64,000 bases of DNA from Trichormus sp. ATA11-4-KO1 (GCA_019358915.1 JAHHIM010000036.1:96001-160000); one strand, 5' to 3'. Counted from the first letter of the stretch, positions 30,275-40,727 are shown. Program-made: numbers and translations. The notes: a model not told the origin generated them from the letters alone.

Positions 30275-32307
30275 GCGGTATTGTGGGTGTTCATTATCTC
30301 AACAATCGGGCTGTAAATCATCAAGACTTAGAACGGATGGTTGAGATCATCGCCCATAGAGGACCCGATGGTGCAGACATTTGGGTCAATGGTTCTGTTG
30401 GTTTTGGACATCGAATGTTGTGGACAACCCCCGAATCTTTAATAGAAAAATTACCCCTAGTCAATGAAGCAGCAAATCTCGTAATTACTGCGGATGCCAG
30501 AATTGATAATCGGGATGAATTAGCATCAGTGTTAGAACTACCTAATCGCCCCATAGAAAAAATTACAGATAGTGAATTTATCTTAGCTGCCTATGAAAAG
30601 TGGGGTGAGTCCTGCTCAGAACATCTTTTAGGTGATTTTGCTTTTGCCATTTGGGATCAAAACAAACAATCTTTGTTTTGCGCTAGAGACCATTTGGGGG
30701 TAAAGCCGTTTTATTACTATTATCAACCAGGTAAAGTTTTTGTATTTGCCTCAGAAATTAAGGCGATCTTCGGTTTACCGCAAATATCACGCCGACTGAA
30801 CGAGGTGAGAATTGCCGATTACTTGGCACTGATGATGGAAGATAAAGTCATCACTACTTACCAAGATATTCTGCGGTTGCCCCCTGCTCACAGCATGGTG
30901 ATCAATAAATCTGTAATTAGGACATGGCCATATTGGGAACTTGACAAATATCGGGAATTACGGTTATCATCCAACGATGAGTATGCTAAGGAATTTCAAA
31001 AAATCTTTACCGAGGCAGTACACTGTCGTTTGCGTAGTGCCTTTGCGATCGCTAGCCACTTGAGCGGTGGATTAGATTCCTCTGCCGTTACCTGTGTAGC
31101 TCGGCATCTACTGTCAAAAACACCAGAAAAACCTACTCAGCTACACACGATTTCCACCATTTTTGACCAAATCGCAGAATGTGATGAACGACCATTCATC
31201 AATGCGGTACTCGAACAAGGTGAGTTTATTCCCCACTACATTCAGGGAGATAAGAATGGCCCATTATCCAACTTGGATAACATTTTCCAGTATGAAGATG
31301 AAGCACTGTTAGGCCCTAGCCATTTTTATCCTTGGAACATGAACCTTGCGGTAAAGGATTTAGGACTGCGAATTTCTCTAGATGGTTTTGATGGTGATAC
31401 CACAGTTAGTCATGGTACAACCAGGCTCACGGAACTTGCCCGTCAAGGTAAATGGCAGAGTTTAATTCAGGAAGCAAAAGCAATTGCACCACACCACAAT
31501 GTATCACCCCAGGCTGTGTTTGGGTTTCATGGATTACCGTATTTGAGAGAATTGCCGAAGCGGTTGCGATGGATAGAGTTTGCCAAAGCAGTGCAACAAA
31601 TTCACCAGCATTTAGGTATTTCGCGCCAGCTTTTAATTATTCATCACGGTATTAAACCCCTACTGCTAGAACCGATAAAAAAGTTATGGCAGTGGGTTCG
31701 TAGACAAGAGAAACCGACTAAAGTTGCTTCATCTTTAACACCTCTAGTCAATCGTAACTTTGCCAAAAATATTGGTTTAGATGAACGCATCAATCAGCTA
31801 GGAGGCTCAACAGAAGCGCCCCTCACCGTCAAAGAACATCATTGGCGTAGTCTGAATCAAGGGTTACTAGCGTACACCTTAGAGCAGATGGATCAATATG
31901 CAGCTATGTTTTCTCTAGAAGCTCGTCATCCGTTCATGGATAAGCGACTGATTGAATTTTGCCTAGCATTACCTTCTGACCAAAAGCTCTACCAAGGATG
32001 GGGACGCATAGTTATGCGCCGTGCCTTAGAAGGTATTCTCCCAGAAAAAGTTCAATGGCGAGGAGATAAAACCAATCTGACACCAAATTTTTATGATGGA
32101 CTTTTAAAGCGCGATCGCCAAATTTTAGATGATGTCATGTCCAACAAGCTAGGAATTATTGAAAAATATCTAAATATAGATTTTTTACAATCAGCTTATC
32201 AACGAATAATCTCAGAAGAAAACCAAATTAATAATGAAGACATTATGGCAGTTTGGCAAGCAGTTACCTTAGCTTTGTGGCTAGACCATAAACAGGTAAA
32301 TTTGTAG
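30271..32307 (+). CDS. Lasso cyclase (asparagine-synthetase-like C protein)
   Basis: MSGIVG (Ntn Cys replaced by Ser), HRGPDG, ARIDNR, LSGGLDSS, RHPFMDKRLIEFCLALP. Confidence 0.93.
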   Translation: MSGIVGVHYLNNRAVNHQDLERMVEIIAHRGPDGADIWVNGSVGFGHRMLWTTPESLIEKLPLVNEAANLVITADARIDNRDELASVLELPNRPIEKITDSEFILAAYEKWGESCSEHLLGDFAFAIWDQNKQSLFCARDHLGVKPFYYYYQPGKVFVFASEIKAIFGLPQISRRLNEVRIADYLALMMEDKVITTYQDILRLPPAHSMVINKSVIRTWPYWELDKYRELRLSSNDEYAKEFQKIFTEAVHCRLRSAFAIASHLSGGLDSSAVTCVARHLLSKTPEKPTQLHTISTIFDQIAECDERPFINAVLEQGEFIPHYIQGDKNGPLSNLDNIFQYEDEALLGPSHFYPWNMNLAVKDLGLRISLDGFDGDTTVSHGTTRLTELARQGKWQSLIQEAKAIAPHHNVSPQAVFGFHGLPYLRELPKRLRWIEFAKAVQQIHQHLGISRQLLIIHHGIKPLLLEPIKKLWQWVRRQEKPTKVASSLTPLVNRNFAKNIGLDERINQLGGSTEAPLTVKEHHWRSLNQGLLAYTLEQMDQYAAMFSLEARHPFMDKRLIEFCLALPSDQKLYQGWGRIVMRRALEGILPEKVQWRGDKTNLTPNFYDGLLKRDRQILDDVMSNKLGIIEKYLNIDFLQSAYQRIISEENQINNEDIMAVWQAVTLALWLDHKQVNL

Positions 32308-32437
32308 TTTTAGCTTGGCAGGTTGTGAATATCGGTAGGCAATATTATACTTATTTATTGTTACCAGTACACACTGTAAGTCCAAGTCACAGGTAAATTC
32401 CACTAAATTTCAATTACTCTAAATGAGGAGTTTTAAA

Positions 32438-32662
32438 ATGAAAAAACAGTACAGCACACCAACCCTGAAAACTCACGGAAACGTTGAAGAAATCACCCAG
32501 TTCTTCGGCGCTTCCTCTCAAAATGATTTCTTGTTCTTTGCTGGAAATAATTCTCCTATCTCTGCTCCTGGTGGCCCCATCACTGGTGGTGGTTCTATTG
32601 ATGGGGTTATTAATCCATCTGAAAACAGCGTTCGATCAAGAGGAACATTACAAGGAAATTAG
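32438..32662 (+). CDS. Lasso peptide precursor (21-aa leader + 53-aa core)
   Basis: GAGGAG RBS; leader MKKQYSTPTLKTHGNVEEITQ has YxxPxL, a Gly and Thr(-2); core starts FFGASSQND (Asp9). Confidence 0.9.
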   Translation: MKKQYSTPTLKTHGNVEEITQFFGASSQNDFLFFAGNNSPISAPGGPITGGGSIDGVINPSENSVRSRGTLQGN

Positions 32663-32720
32663 TTCTTTAGGTAAAATCTTTTGATTGAACCTTTTGATAC
32701 TACCTGAGTAAACTGCCAAA

Positions 32721-32749
32721 GAGGCAAAACTAAATCTTAGTTTTGCCTC
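32721..32749. terminator. 13-bp stem hairpin downstream of the precursor gene
   Basis: GAGGCAAAACTAA-ATC-TTAGTTTTGCCTC. Confidence 0.65.
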
Positions 32750-32851
32750 ATAAAATATGTATCTTTCTTGGTGTCTTAGTGCCTTTGTGGTTCAAAATTA
32801 AAAAAAACACAATAATAAAAAGCCTAATTGATTTGCAATCAATAAAAACAT

Positions 32852-33757
32852 GTGATGAAAACTTATCAAGCCTACAATCTATCAATTGCTTCCGAATTGT
32901 TGTTGCCCGAATTAATTGAAATAGAAAAAGAAGGCAACCCAGACGTAATTGTACGGTTTGGTAAGCCAGAGGATATCACTAATGTGGAATTTGATCGGGG
33001 TAGCAAATTTCGTGGGGATGTAGCCGAAGTTGGCATGTTTTTGGTTCAGAAAGGATGTGAAATTACTATTGCTCCTGAGCCGGGAGTTGATGAAGCTCTT
33101 CTGTGTACCATACTTCTAGGTCCCATATTATCGATACTATTACGACAACGAGGACTGCTGGTTCTCCATGCTAGTTGTGTTGACATCAACAACAAAGCAG
33201 TGGCGTTTATGGGTGGTTCAGGCTGGGGTAAGTCAACCTTGGCAACAGCTTTTCATACAAGTGGCTTTGATGTCTTAAGTGATGATGTCATGCCGATCCA
33301 AATTGATTCAGGACAGCCAATAGTATTTCCTGCCTATCCCCAGTTCAAACTTTGGCCGGAAGCGGCTGCTTCTTTGGGACAGGATACCGAGAGTTTGTCT
33401 CCTATTCACCAAAACGCGCCTAAACTAGGCTACAAATTTGCTCGTGGTTTTCAACAAAATCCCCTGCCGTTACAGCGAATTTATGTACTGGCTAGGGGAG
33501 ATGAGCATGAAATTACTGAACTGCAACCCCAAGATGCCTTTGTCGAATTAGTGCGTCATACCCGTGCTATGAGTTTAGTAACAGAGCAGGAATTCCTGAC
33601 TTCCCATATGCGTCTGTGTACAGAACTAGTGAAAAAAGTGGATTTCTGTAGGTTTACTCGCAAGCCTTCTTTAGCAGATTTGCCCGATTTAGTCAAGCTA
33701 ATTGAAAATGATGTAGCAGACAACAACAAAAGCACTTTAACGTTAGCTGTCCAATAA
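32852..33757 (+). CDS. HPr-kinase-like lasso-associated kinase
   Basis: LHAS, GGSGWGKSTL Walker A, SDDV. Confidence 0.88.
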   Translation: MMKTYQAYNLSIASELLLPELIEIEKEGNPDVIVRFGKPEDITNVEFDRGSKFRGDVAEVGMFLVQKGCEITIAPEPGVDEALLCTILLGPILSILLRQRGLLVLHASCVDINNKAVAFMGGSGWGKSTLATAFHTSGFDVLSDDVMPIQIDSGQPIVFPAYPQFKLWPEAAASLGQDTESLSPIHQNAPKLGYKFARGFQQNPLPLQRIYVLARGDEHEITELQPQDAFVELVRHTRAMSLVTEQEFLTSHMRLCTELVKKVDFCRFTRKPSLADLPDLVKLIENDVADNNKSTLTLAVQ

Positions 33758-33794
33758 TTGCAAAATATCTGGGAATTTAGAGGGTTTTAATATC

Positions 33795-35660
33795 TTGAAC
33801 AGCAAACTCCGTAGCGCAAAGACCATACTCTCCCATGTCATCAAAACATTTAAATTAGTCTGGGTGGCATCTCACTACTGGACTGTAACCTGGATGGTAG
33901 CGCTGTTTGTTCAAGGATTGCTACCTGCCGCCTCCATTTCCCTCACGCCTCAAGTAGTCAACGCTTTAGTTAAAGCCACTGGCTCCGGCGTTTCTATGGC
34001 AAGTGTGCAGCAGATTCTCCTTCCTGTGGGATTGATGGCAGGGATCATGGTATTGGGGGAGGTTTTGAATAGTGCTAGTGAATGGATTCGCACTGCTCAA
34101 TCAGAGCTAATACACGACTACATCACTGGTTTAATTCATAAACAATCAGTGGCAGTGGATTATGGCTTTTATGAATACTCTGAATACAATGACAAGCTAG
34201 AGAGAGCGCGAGAGGGAGCTAGTGGGCGATCGCTGGCTTTATTAGAAAGCACTGGTAGTTTATTGCAAAACACAGTGACTTTGTTGGCAATGGCCACAAT
34301 TCTGCTTTCCTATGGTCTGTGGTTACCTGCAATTCTGGTGATCAGTGCTTTCCCGGCTTTTTATTTTTTGACGTATATAAATAAAGTACAGTATCAATGG
34401 TCACAACGGACGACAACTGATCGTCGATGGCTCATGTACTACGATTACCTATTGACAAACAGTGCGATCGCCGCAGAAATCCGCTTGTTTGACTTTGCTG
34501 ATTACTTCCAATCTTCTTACCAAAATCTGCGTCGGCGACTCAGACGTGAACATTTCAACTTGTTGAAATTACAAACAGCAGGCCGCCTGATTGCTGTACT
34601 GATTGCTTTGATCATTGCCGGTTCTGCTTTAGCCTGGATGGGACGGCAAGTTTTATTAGGAATTTTAACTTTAGGCGATTTAGCCTTATTTTTCCAAGCT
34701 TTCAATCAAGGACAAAGCATTGTCAAAAATCTTTTAAGCAACTTGGGGCAAATTTATCGCAATGGCTTGTTTCTGGGTAACTTGTTTGAATTTTTACAGA
34801 TTCAGCCAACAATTGTCAGTCCACCTAACCCGATTCCTGTACCATCAGCGCTTAAACAGGGAATTAAATTTAGACAAGTTTGCTTTCGCTACCCTGGCAG
34901 TCAAGAACCAGTGTTAGATAACTTTAACCTAACGCTACCGGCTGGTAAAATTGTGGCGATCGTCGGTGACAATGGTGCTGGCAAAAGTACTTTAATTAAG
35001 CTCTTGTGCCGCTTCTATGACCCGGATTCGGGAAGTATTGAACTAGATGGCATAGATTTTCGCAGCTTTTCTGTCAAAGAACTCCGCCGCTTAATTACTG
35101 TATTGTTCCAGTCTCCCATCCCATACAACACAACGGCTGGTGAAAATATTGCTTTGGGTAATATATCAACGGCATTTAACCAAAAAGACATTGAAGTAGC
35201 TGCTCAAGCATCGGGCATCCATGAAAAATTGTTACGCTTGCCTCTAGGGTATAACAGCATGTTGGGTAAGTTGTTTCCTGACGGCACTGACTTAAGCGGC
35301 GGCGAGTGGCAACGTCTGGCACTGGCACGGGCATTTTTCAGACGTGCCCAAATTATTATCTTGGATGAACCAACTAGTGCTATGGACCCGTGGGCTGAAC
35401 ATGACTGGCTGGAGAGGTTCCGTAAATTGGCAAGCGATCGCACTGCGGTTGTGATTACTCACCGCTTTACACTAGCGATGCAGGCAGATATTATTCACGT
35501 TATGCGTGCTGGTAAGATTGTAGAATCGGGAAATCATGATGAACTTCTAGCCTTAGATGGACTGTATGCTCAATCTTGGAAAACCCAAATGGAAGCTAAT
35601 TTCCATCGCGTTGTCGAGAACAGCATTGCTGAGAATTGTGTGCCCAATACGCATGTTTAG
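33795..35660 (+). CDS. ABC exporter (fused TMD + NBD), lasso-associated
   Basis: GDNGAGKST, LSGGEWQR, ILDEPT, ITHR. Confidence 0.95.
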   Translation: MNSKLRSAKTILSHVIKTFKLVWVASHYWTVTWMVALFVQGLLPAASISLTPQVVNALVKATGSGVSMASVQQILLPVGLMAGIMVLGEVLNSASEWIRTAQSELIHDYITGLIHKQSVAVDYGFYEYSEYNDKLERAREGASGRSLALLESTGSLLQNTVTLLAMATILLSYGLWLPAILVISAFPAFYFLTYINKVQYQWSQRTTTDRRWLMYYDYLLTNSAIAAEIRLFDFADYFQSSYQNLRRRLRREHFNLLKLQTAGRLIAVLIALIIAGSALAWMGRQVLLGILTLGDLALFFQAFNQGQSIVKNLLSNLGQIYRNGLFLGNLFEFLQIQPTIVSPPNPIPVPSALKQGIKFRQVCFRYPGSQEPVLDNFNLTLPAGKIVAIVGDNGAGKSTLIKLLCRFYDPDSGSIELDGIDFRSFSVKELRRLITVLFQSPIPYNTTAGENIALGNISTAFNQKDIEVAAQASGIHEKLLRLPLGYNSMLGKLFPDGTDLSGGEWQRLALARAFFRRAQIIILDEPTSAMDPWAEHDWLERFRKLASDRTAVVITHRFTLAMQADIIHVMRAGKIVESGNHDELLALDGLYAQSWKTQMEANFHRVVENSIAENCVPNTHV

Positions 35661-36079
35661 GTAGTCAATCATAATATCCTAGTAATAGGATGTAATACTA
35701 GTAAAAATCTTACTTGATTAAAGATTTTGAAGAAAAATTGGGAAATTATCACTTATTTGTATATTTACAGGTTGAAATTTTTTTTTAATGATATATTGAA
35801 TCCGAATACTCAAGATAATAAATTTTCGCGAATACATAGTTTATTTGAGTATTTTGGTCAAAAATCTGAGGTTCTGCATATTCACAGTAAATACTTTAGT
35901 CATGTCACAAACAACATAAGTCAAAATTAAGAGGATACTTCTGTCATTGTGATAACTCACCGCTTAACCTGGGCGAACTTACATCTTTATATCTCAACAG
36001 GTGTTGACTACAGTATCGAACTAGTAAGCTCTGGATTTTAGTTCTGGGCAAAAGGACACAAACTTAATCTCAAGTTCTG

Positions 36080-37210
36080 ATGAAAACCAAACCCGATACT
36101 GAAAATCAGGAAATTACAAATCGCCCTGAGGTTGAGCTACTTCTTTGTATTGCTCGTACTCATCCAGATACCGCAACTATTGAACGCATCAAAACCCTGC
36201 TTGAGCAAGACCTTGACTGGGCCTACATAATTCAAACAGCAACATTTCACAAGGTCATGCCACTGCTGTACCAAAACTTGAATACTAACTGTACAGAGCT
36301 AGTTCCCAAAGATGTTTTGGCGGATCTGCTGTATTATTTCAAAGCCAATGCTAGACGCAACTTGTTCCTGACTAACGAGTTGCTTAAACTGCTGAATCTA
36401 TTTGAATCCCATGACCTCACCGTAATTCCAATTAAAGGAGCTATCCTTGCTGTCTCAGTCTACAATAATCTCGCACTCCGACAGTTCACAGACATAGATA
36501 TCTTAGTTCGCCCGCAAGATGCCATAGTAGCTAGGGATCTGCTGGTTGCTCAGGGATTTCAAAATACATACAATCATACTCGAGACCAAGAAGTCGCCAG
36601 GCTACAATCTCCATTCTGCAAGGATAATAACTACACACACAAACATACAGGGGTTAATTTAGACCTTCACTGGCAACTCTTGCAGAAATATCTATCTTTT
36701 CCCATTGCACATGAACGCCTGTGGGAGCGTCATGGGGCAATATCCTTGGCAGGTAAAACAGTAATTAACCTATCACCAGAAGATAACCTTTTATTCCTCT
36801 GTGTACATGCTTGCAGGGATCGTTGGAACAAGTTGAGTTTAATCAGCGATGTTGCTACACTCATCTGTGTTTCGTCAGAGATGAATTGGGATTGGGTTAT
36901 AGAGCAAGCCAAGCTATTAGGTTGTTGGCGGAGATTATTGCTTGGTATGCTCTTAGCTAAGAATTTACTGGAAACAGAGATTCCCGAAATAATTTTGCAA
37001 AAAATAAAGGCTGAATCTGGGCTAAAAACAATTACGAAACAAGTGGAAGAAAGGCTTTTTATTCAAACTTACAAGCCACCCACACTCTGGACAAGATATT
37101 TTTTCGATTTGAGCCTAAGGGAACGTCTACAAGATAAAGTTCAGTACGGTGTTTACCAATCTGTCCTGATTACTGCCAGAAGCAATAAACTATTCCCGGC
37201 TTGGATATAG
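36080..37210 (+). CDS. Nucleotidyltransferase family protein (NTP_transf_5-like)
   Basis: IKGAIL...LRQFTDIDILV, LDLHW, LFLCVH. Confidence 0.88.
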   Translation: MKTKPDTENQEITNRPEVELLLCIARTHPDTATIERIKTLLEQDLDWAYIIQTATFHKVMPLLYQNLNTNCTELVPKDVLADLLYYFKANARRNLFLTNELLKLLNLFESHDLTVIPIKGAILAVSVYNNLALRQFTDIDILVRPQDAIVARDLLVAQGFQNTYNHTRDQEVARLQSPFCKDNNYTHKHTGVNLDLHWQLLQKYLSFPIAHERLWERHGAISLAGKTVINLSPEDNLLFLCVHACRDRWNKLSLISDVATLICVSSEMNWDWVIEQAKLLGCWRRLLLGMLLAKNLLETEIPEIILQKIKAESGLKTITKQVEERLFIQTYKPPTLWTRYFFDLSLRERLQDKVQYGVYQSVLITARSNKLFPAWI

Positions 37211-37733
37211 TAGGGTATTTAAAAACTTAGGTTTTATCCCTTATTGGGTGACTATATCCTTCAAGCTGTGAGCCAATAAAAAGCAAAAGCCACTGTGAAA
37301 CAACAAGCTATTTCCTTAATATCAGTTTAAAAGGGAATAGTGGTAATGACTACTTATGGCATAAAGCAATTTGGGTTATTAAAGTAATTTAACTTTGCCA
37401 TAAGTTAATGAATCGTCATTTCTTTTTCCTGGATGATTCGCTTGTAGTAAGGGCTTCAGCCCTGGTTTTATGCAACTCGAATGCTCATTAGCTTATCAAT
37501 AACCAAAAGTCTTGCTATACAAGATTTTGAAAGCTATCAGATTTTACCTGCCTGTAGAATGCTTTTTGCATGACATTTACGTATTTTCTCTAACACTGCT
37601 TCTGCAAATAGTGAGTTAACCTCAAAAACATTGTACTGCCACCCCCCATTTACACGGTTCCGTTAATACAAAGGAACTACAAAATTTTCAAAATTTTAGT
37701 GTCGCCAACTTAATTTGTTCCAGGATTTTTATC

Positions 37734-39176
37734 ATGAATAAGCATACTTCTCTTTTGTGTTCAGTTCTTGCATCTTCTGTTTTCTTAGCTCAGCCATCAG
37801 GCTATACGTTGGCAAATACACCTGTTACGATTACAGTTAAACAAGGAGCAAGACAAGCGCTTCAAGGCTTAGGTGCTAGTCAAACTATTGGTGGTGGCAG
37901 AAATTATTCAAAACTGGCACAATCTGAAAAAAATACGCTGCAAAAACTTGTGTGTACTGACATAAAGTTTAAAATTGTCAGGTTATGGTTTAATCCTTCT
38001 CAATATGCACCTGAGCCTGGTGTAGAAGATAATTCTGCGTTTTTAAAATCTTTTGTAAACTCAGGATTTATTTCTGATGCCTTGGTCAATGGCTGTAACA
38101 CACTTCTACTTGCTCCCACCGGAATTCCAGCATATATGGGTCCTTCTAGTGGACGTGGCTACATTCGTGACTCTCAGGTCAAAAATTATGCCGCACTCTT
38201 AGCAGATTTTATATATAAAGTGAAGCAAGAAAACGGAGTAACAATTCACGCTACAGGTGTGTTGAATGAGCCAAACGACCGTCCTATAAAATTCTCAGAT
38301 GAGCAGTGGCCTGTCATCATCAAAAATCTCCGTAAAGAGCTTGATAATCGTGGGTTGAAAGATGTGAAAATTATTGCCCCAGAACTAGCAAATGCCGATG
38401 CTGTAGCGGATCGAGTGATTAAAGCTATAAAGCAAGACCCTGAAGCATGGGAAGTTTTGGACGGGATCTCAACCCACTCCTATAACATGGCAGCGAGACC
38501 AAGTATTTCCAATTTGATTGAGGGAACAGATAAAGAATATTGGATGACAGAAGCTGGTACTAACGGTCCAGAAGAACCAGGGGATGCATTAAACGCTGCT
38601 GCTGCGGCTACTCGGTTTCTCAATGACATGAACCATAGAGTTAGTCACTGGATTTGGTTTATTGGTCACGCATCAGCAGATCCCAAAGATAATGCTACAC
38701 GCCTGATTCGTTATTCGTTTGATCCATTTCGTTATGATATTTTTCAGAAGTATTACTACTTTCTCCAACTCAGCAAGACATTTGACTTGGGGGCAGTATT
38801 TAGAAAAAGTGTAAGTTCCCTAGACGGCAACATGACCTGGACTTACGGTAAAAAGCCCCGAATTACTGTCGCTAGTGCCAAAAATCCAGATGGTTCTTGG
38901 GGAATAGCTGTCAGCAACTTTACAGACGATAGGTTTGAGGTTACCCTTCCTAACGGTTACAAAGTGTCAAACCCACAAGGGGGTCGTGCAGCAGAGGATT
39001 TTGCGGTAACAGTCTTTGTGGAGGAACTTGCCCAAGCAGGAGACAAAACAATGAGAATGTATCGCTCAAATAGTAATGTCAATAACGTATATGTTGGTGA
39101 TGCTGTGATGCGTAGAGGAAAGGTGACTATACCTAATGTACGCAGTTTGGATTTAATTACTTTGCGAAGTCAATAA
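37734..39176 (+). CDS. Secreted clan GH-A glycoside hydrolase (GH30-like)
   Basis: Signal peptide; QGLGAS; acid/base LNEP; nucleophile WMTE; C-terminal KNPDGS beta domain. Confidence 0.75.
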   Translation: MNKHTSLLCSVLASSVFLAQPSGYTLANTPVTITVKQGARQALQGLGASQTIGGGRNYSKLAQSEKNTLQKLVCTDIKFKIVRLWFNPSQYAPEPGVEDNSAFLKSFVNSGFISDALVNGCNTLLLAPTGIPAYMGPSSGRGYIRDSQVKNYAALLADFIYKVKQENGVTIHATGVLNEPNDRPIKFSDEQWPVIIKNLRKELDNRGLKDVKIIAPELANADAVADRVIKAIKQDPEAWEVLDGISTHSYNMAARPSISNLIEGTDKEYWMTEAGTNGPEEPGDALNAAAAATRFLNDMNHRVSHWIWFIGHASADPKDNATRLIRYSFDPFRYDIFQKYYYFLQLSKTFDLGAVFRKSVSSLDGNMTWTYGKKPRITVASAKNPDGSWGIAVSNFTDDRFEVTLPNGYKVSNPQGGRAAEDFAVTVFVEELAQAGDKTMRMYRSNSNVNNVYVGDAVMRRGKVTIPNVRSLDLITLRSQ

Positions 39177-39205
39177 ATCCTCAAAACAAGTAGTTGAAAA
39201 AAATA

Positions 39206-39269
39206 AAAGTTTGTAGTCAGTGGCTCTAGCCCTGAAAACCTTGAATATAAGCGCTAAAGCACTCACTAC
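39206..39269 (+). repeat. Dispersed 64-bp repeat, copy A
   Basis: 63/64 identical to the reverse complement of 40664-40727. Confidence 0.9.
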
Positions 39270-39404
39270 ACACTATTAGGCAATAAAATTCAGTTAATTT
39301 TGGGTTTGTTTTTCAACTCAATGTTAACTGAATTATCTTATTCTCTAGCTGTAATTTACAATTTTGCAAATTAATTTTCTTATTTTGTATAAGAGCTTTA
39401 TTGA

Positions 39405-40583
39405 CTATTTAATAAATTGTTGGTAAATGTCCATTAATTGCCGATAATTAGTTTTAGGAGTATACTTACTTTCATAAGTATGGCGAGCATTCTTTCCCAT
39501 ACAAATTATATCTTGGGGGTTATCTATAGCCCATTTAATTTTTGCTGCCAAACTTACAGAATCTCCTGCTTGAAAATGTAAACCGTTTACACCATTTTCT
39601 ACAATTTCTGCCATACTACCTAATTTAGGAGCTAGCACAGGTAGACCACAAGCAAAAGCTTCTATGATCGTTAAAGGAAAACCTTCATACCAAATCGAAG
39701 GAAACACTAAAAAATCTGCATTATACATTAATTCAAAAACTGTTTCTCTGTCCTGAAAGCCTAGAAATTCAATTAACTTTCCATAACCTGTGTGCTGGGC
39801 TTTCTCTTGCAAAACCTGGTATAACGGCCCATCACCAACAATTTTTAGAGGTATAGATAAGTCGTTTTGGATATAAGCATCAATCAGAATTGAAACTCCT
39901 TTTTCTTCTGATAGCCTACCTACAAAAAGTAAGTAGCTACCACGCTTAATATATTTGTCAGAGTAATCGCTATGGAAAATAAAATTTGGTTTGATGTGGA
40001 TTTTATCGCCTGGCATTCCAGCTTGAACCATCTTGTCTTTTTGAAATTGTGTAAAAACAATATAAGCATCTACTCGCTCATGCCAAGTACCTCTTAGTCG
40101 GTGGTAGGTAGTCATTGCTGCCACAACCGAGCTTTGGAGACGGGAGTTGCGGTAACAGCCATGTACAATTGCAGACCAAGGTATTAACGTACCAATACAA
40201 TCTTCGCAAATTTTGCCGTCTCGAAATGGCATTGCTTTAGGACAAGCAAGTCGATAGTTGTGCAGAGTTTGTACAACAGGTACTCTGGCACTACGGCAAG
40301 CATCGTAAACCGAAGGAGAAAAGAGCGGGAAAAAGTTATGCACGTGGACTATTTCGGGACAAAAGCGACTTATTGCTGCTTTGACCTGCTTTTTAGCTGC
40401 AAAAGAGTAGATAGCCTTTCCCGATGCAACAGTCGTGTCCCAAATATTGGCAATTTTGTGATTATTTTCTTCCAATAAAATCACTTCATGCCCGTTGGCT
40501 TCTAATAGGTTTTTCTCTTCCTGAACTACCCTATCTTCTCCACCTGCAAATCGGTAGCGATTATGTAAAATTAACAGCTTCAT
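39405..40583 (-). CDS. GT4 glycosyltransferase
   Basis: GGED, HNYRLACP, GRLSEEKG, WYEGFPLTIIEAFA. Confidence 0.92.
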   Translation of the reverse strand: MKLLILHNRYRFAGGEDRVVQEEKNLLEANGHEVILLEENNHKIANIWDTTVASGKAIYSFAAKKQVKAAISRFCPEIVHVHNFFPLFSPSVYDACRSARVPVVQTLHNYRLACPKAMPFRDGKICEDCIGTLIPWSAIVHGCYRNSRLQSSVVAAMTTYHRLRGTWHERVDAYIVFTQFQKDKMVQAGMPGDKIHIKPNFIFHSDYSDKYIKRGSYLLFVGRLSEEKGVSILIDAYIQNDLSIPLKIVGDGPLYQVLQEKAQHTGYGKLIEFLGFQDRETVFELMYNADFLVFPSIWYEGFPLTIIEAFACGLPVLAPKLGSMAEIVENGVNGLHFQAGDSVSLAAKIKWAIDNPQDIICMGKNARHTYESKYTPKTNYRQLMDIYQQFIK

Positions 40584-40663
40584 GCTTGTTTTTCTAAGCT
40601 GAATATAGATAGTCTACAAGTAAGCAAGTAGGTGCAATTCAAATCTCAATATACTCATGCCTC

Positions 40664-40727
40664 GTAGTGAGTGCTTTAGCGCTTATATTCAAGGTTTTCA
40701 GGGCTAGATCCACTGACTACAAACTTT
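40664..40727 (-). repeat. Dispersed 64-bp repeat, copy B (inverted)
   Basis: Inverted partner of 39206-39269. Confidence 0.9.

Noticed and set aside
30271..32307. Housekeeping asparagine synthetase asnB
   Set aside because: The N-terminal Cys is replaced by Ser, and the gene is coupled to B1/B2 and a precursor.
32484..32684. Alternative-frame 66-aa ORF over the precursor
   Set aside because: No RBS or leader motif; the other frame has the lasso leader.
35727..35930. 67-aa ORF as a second precursor
   Set aside because: TTG start, AT-rich, no YxxPxL or Thr(-2) motif.
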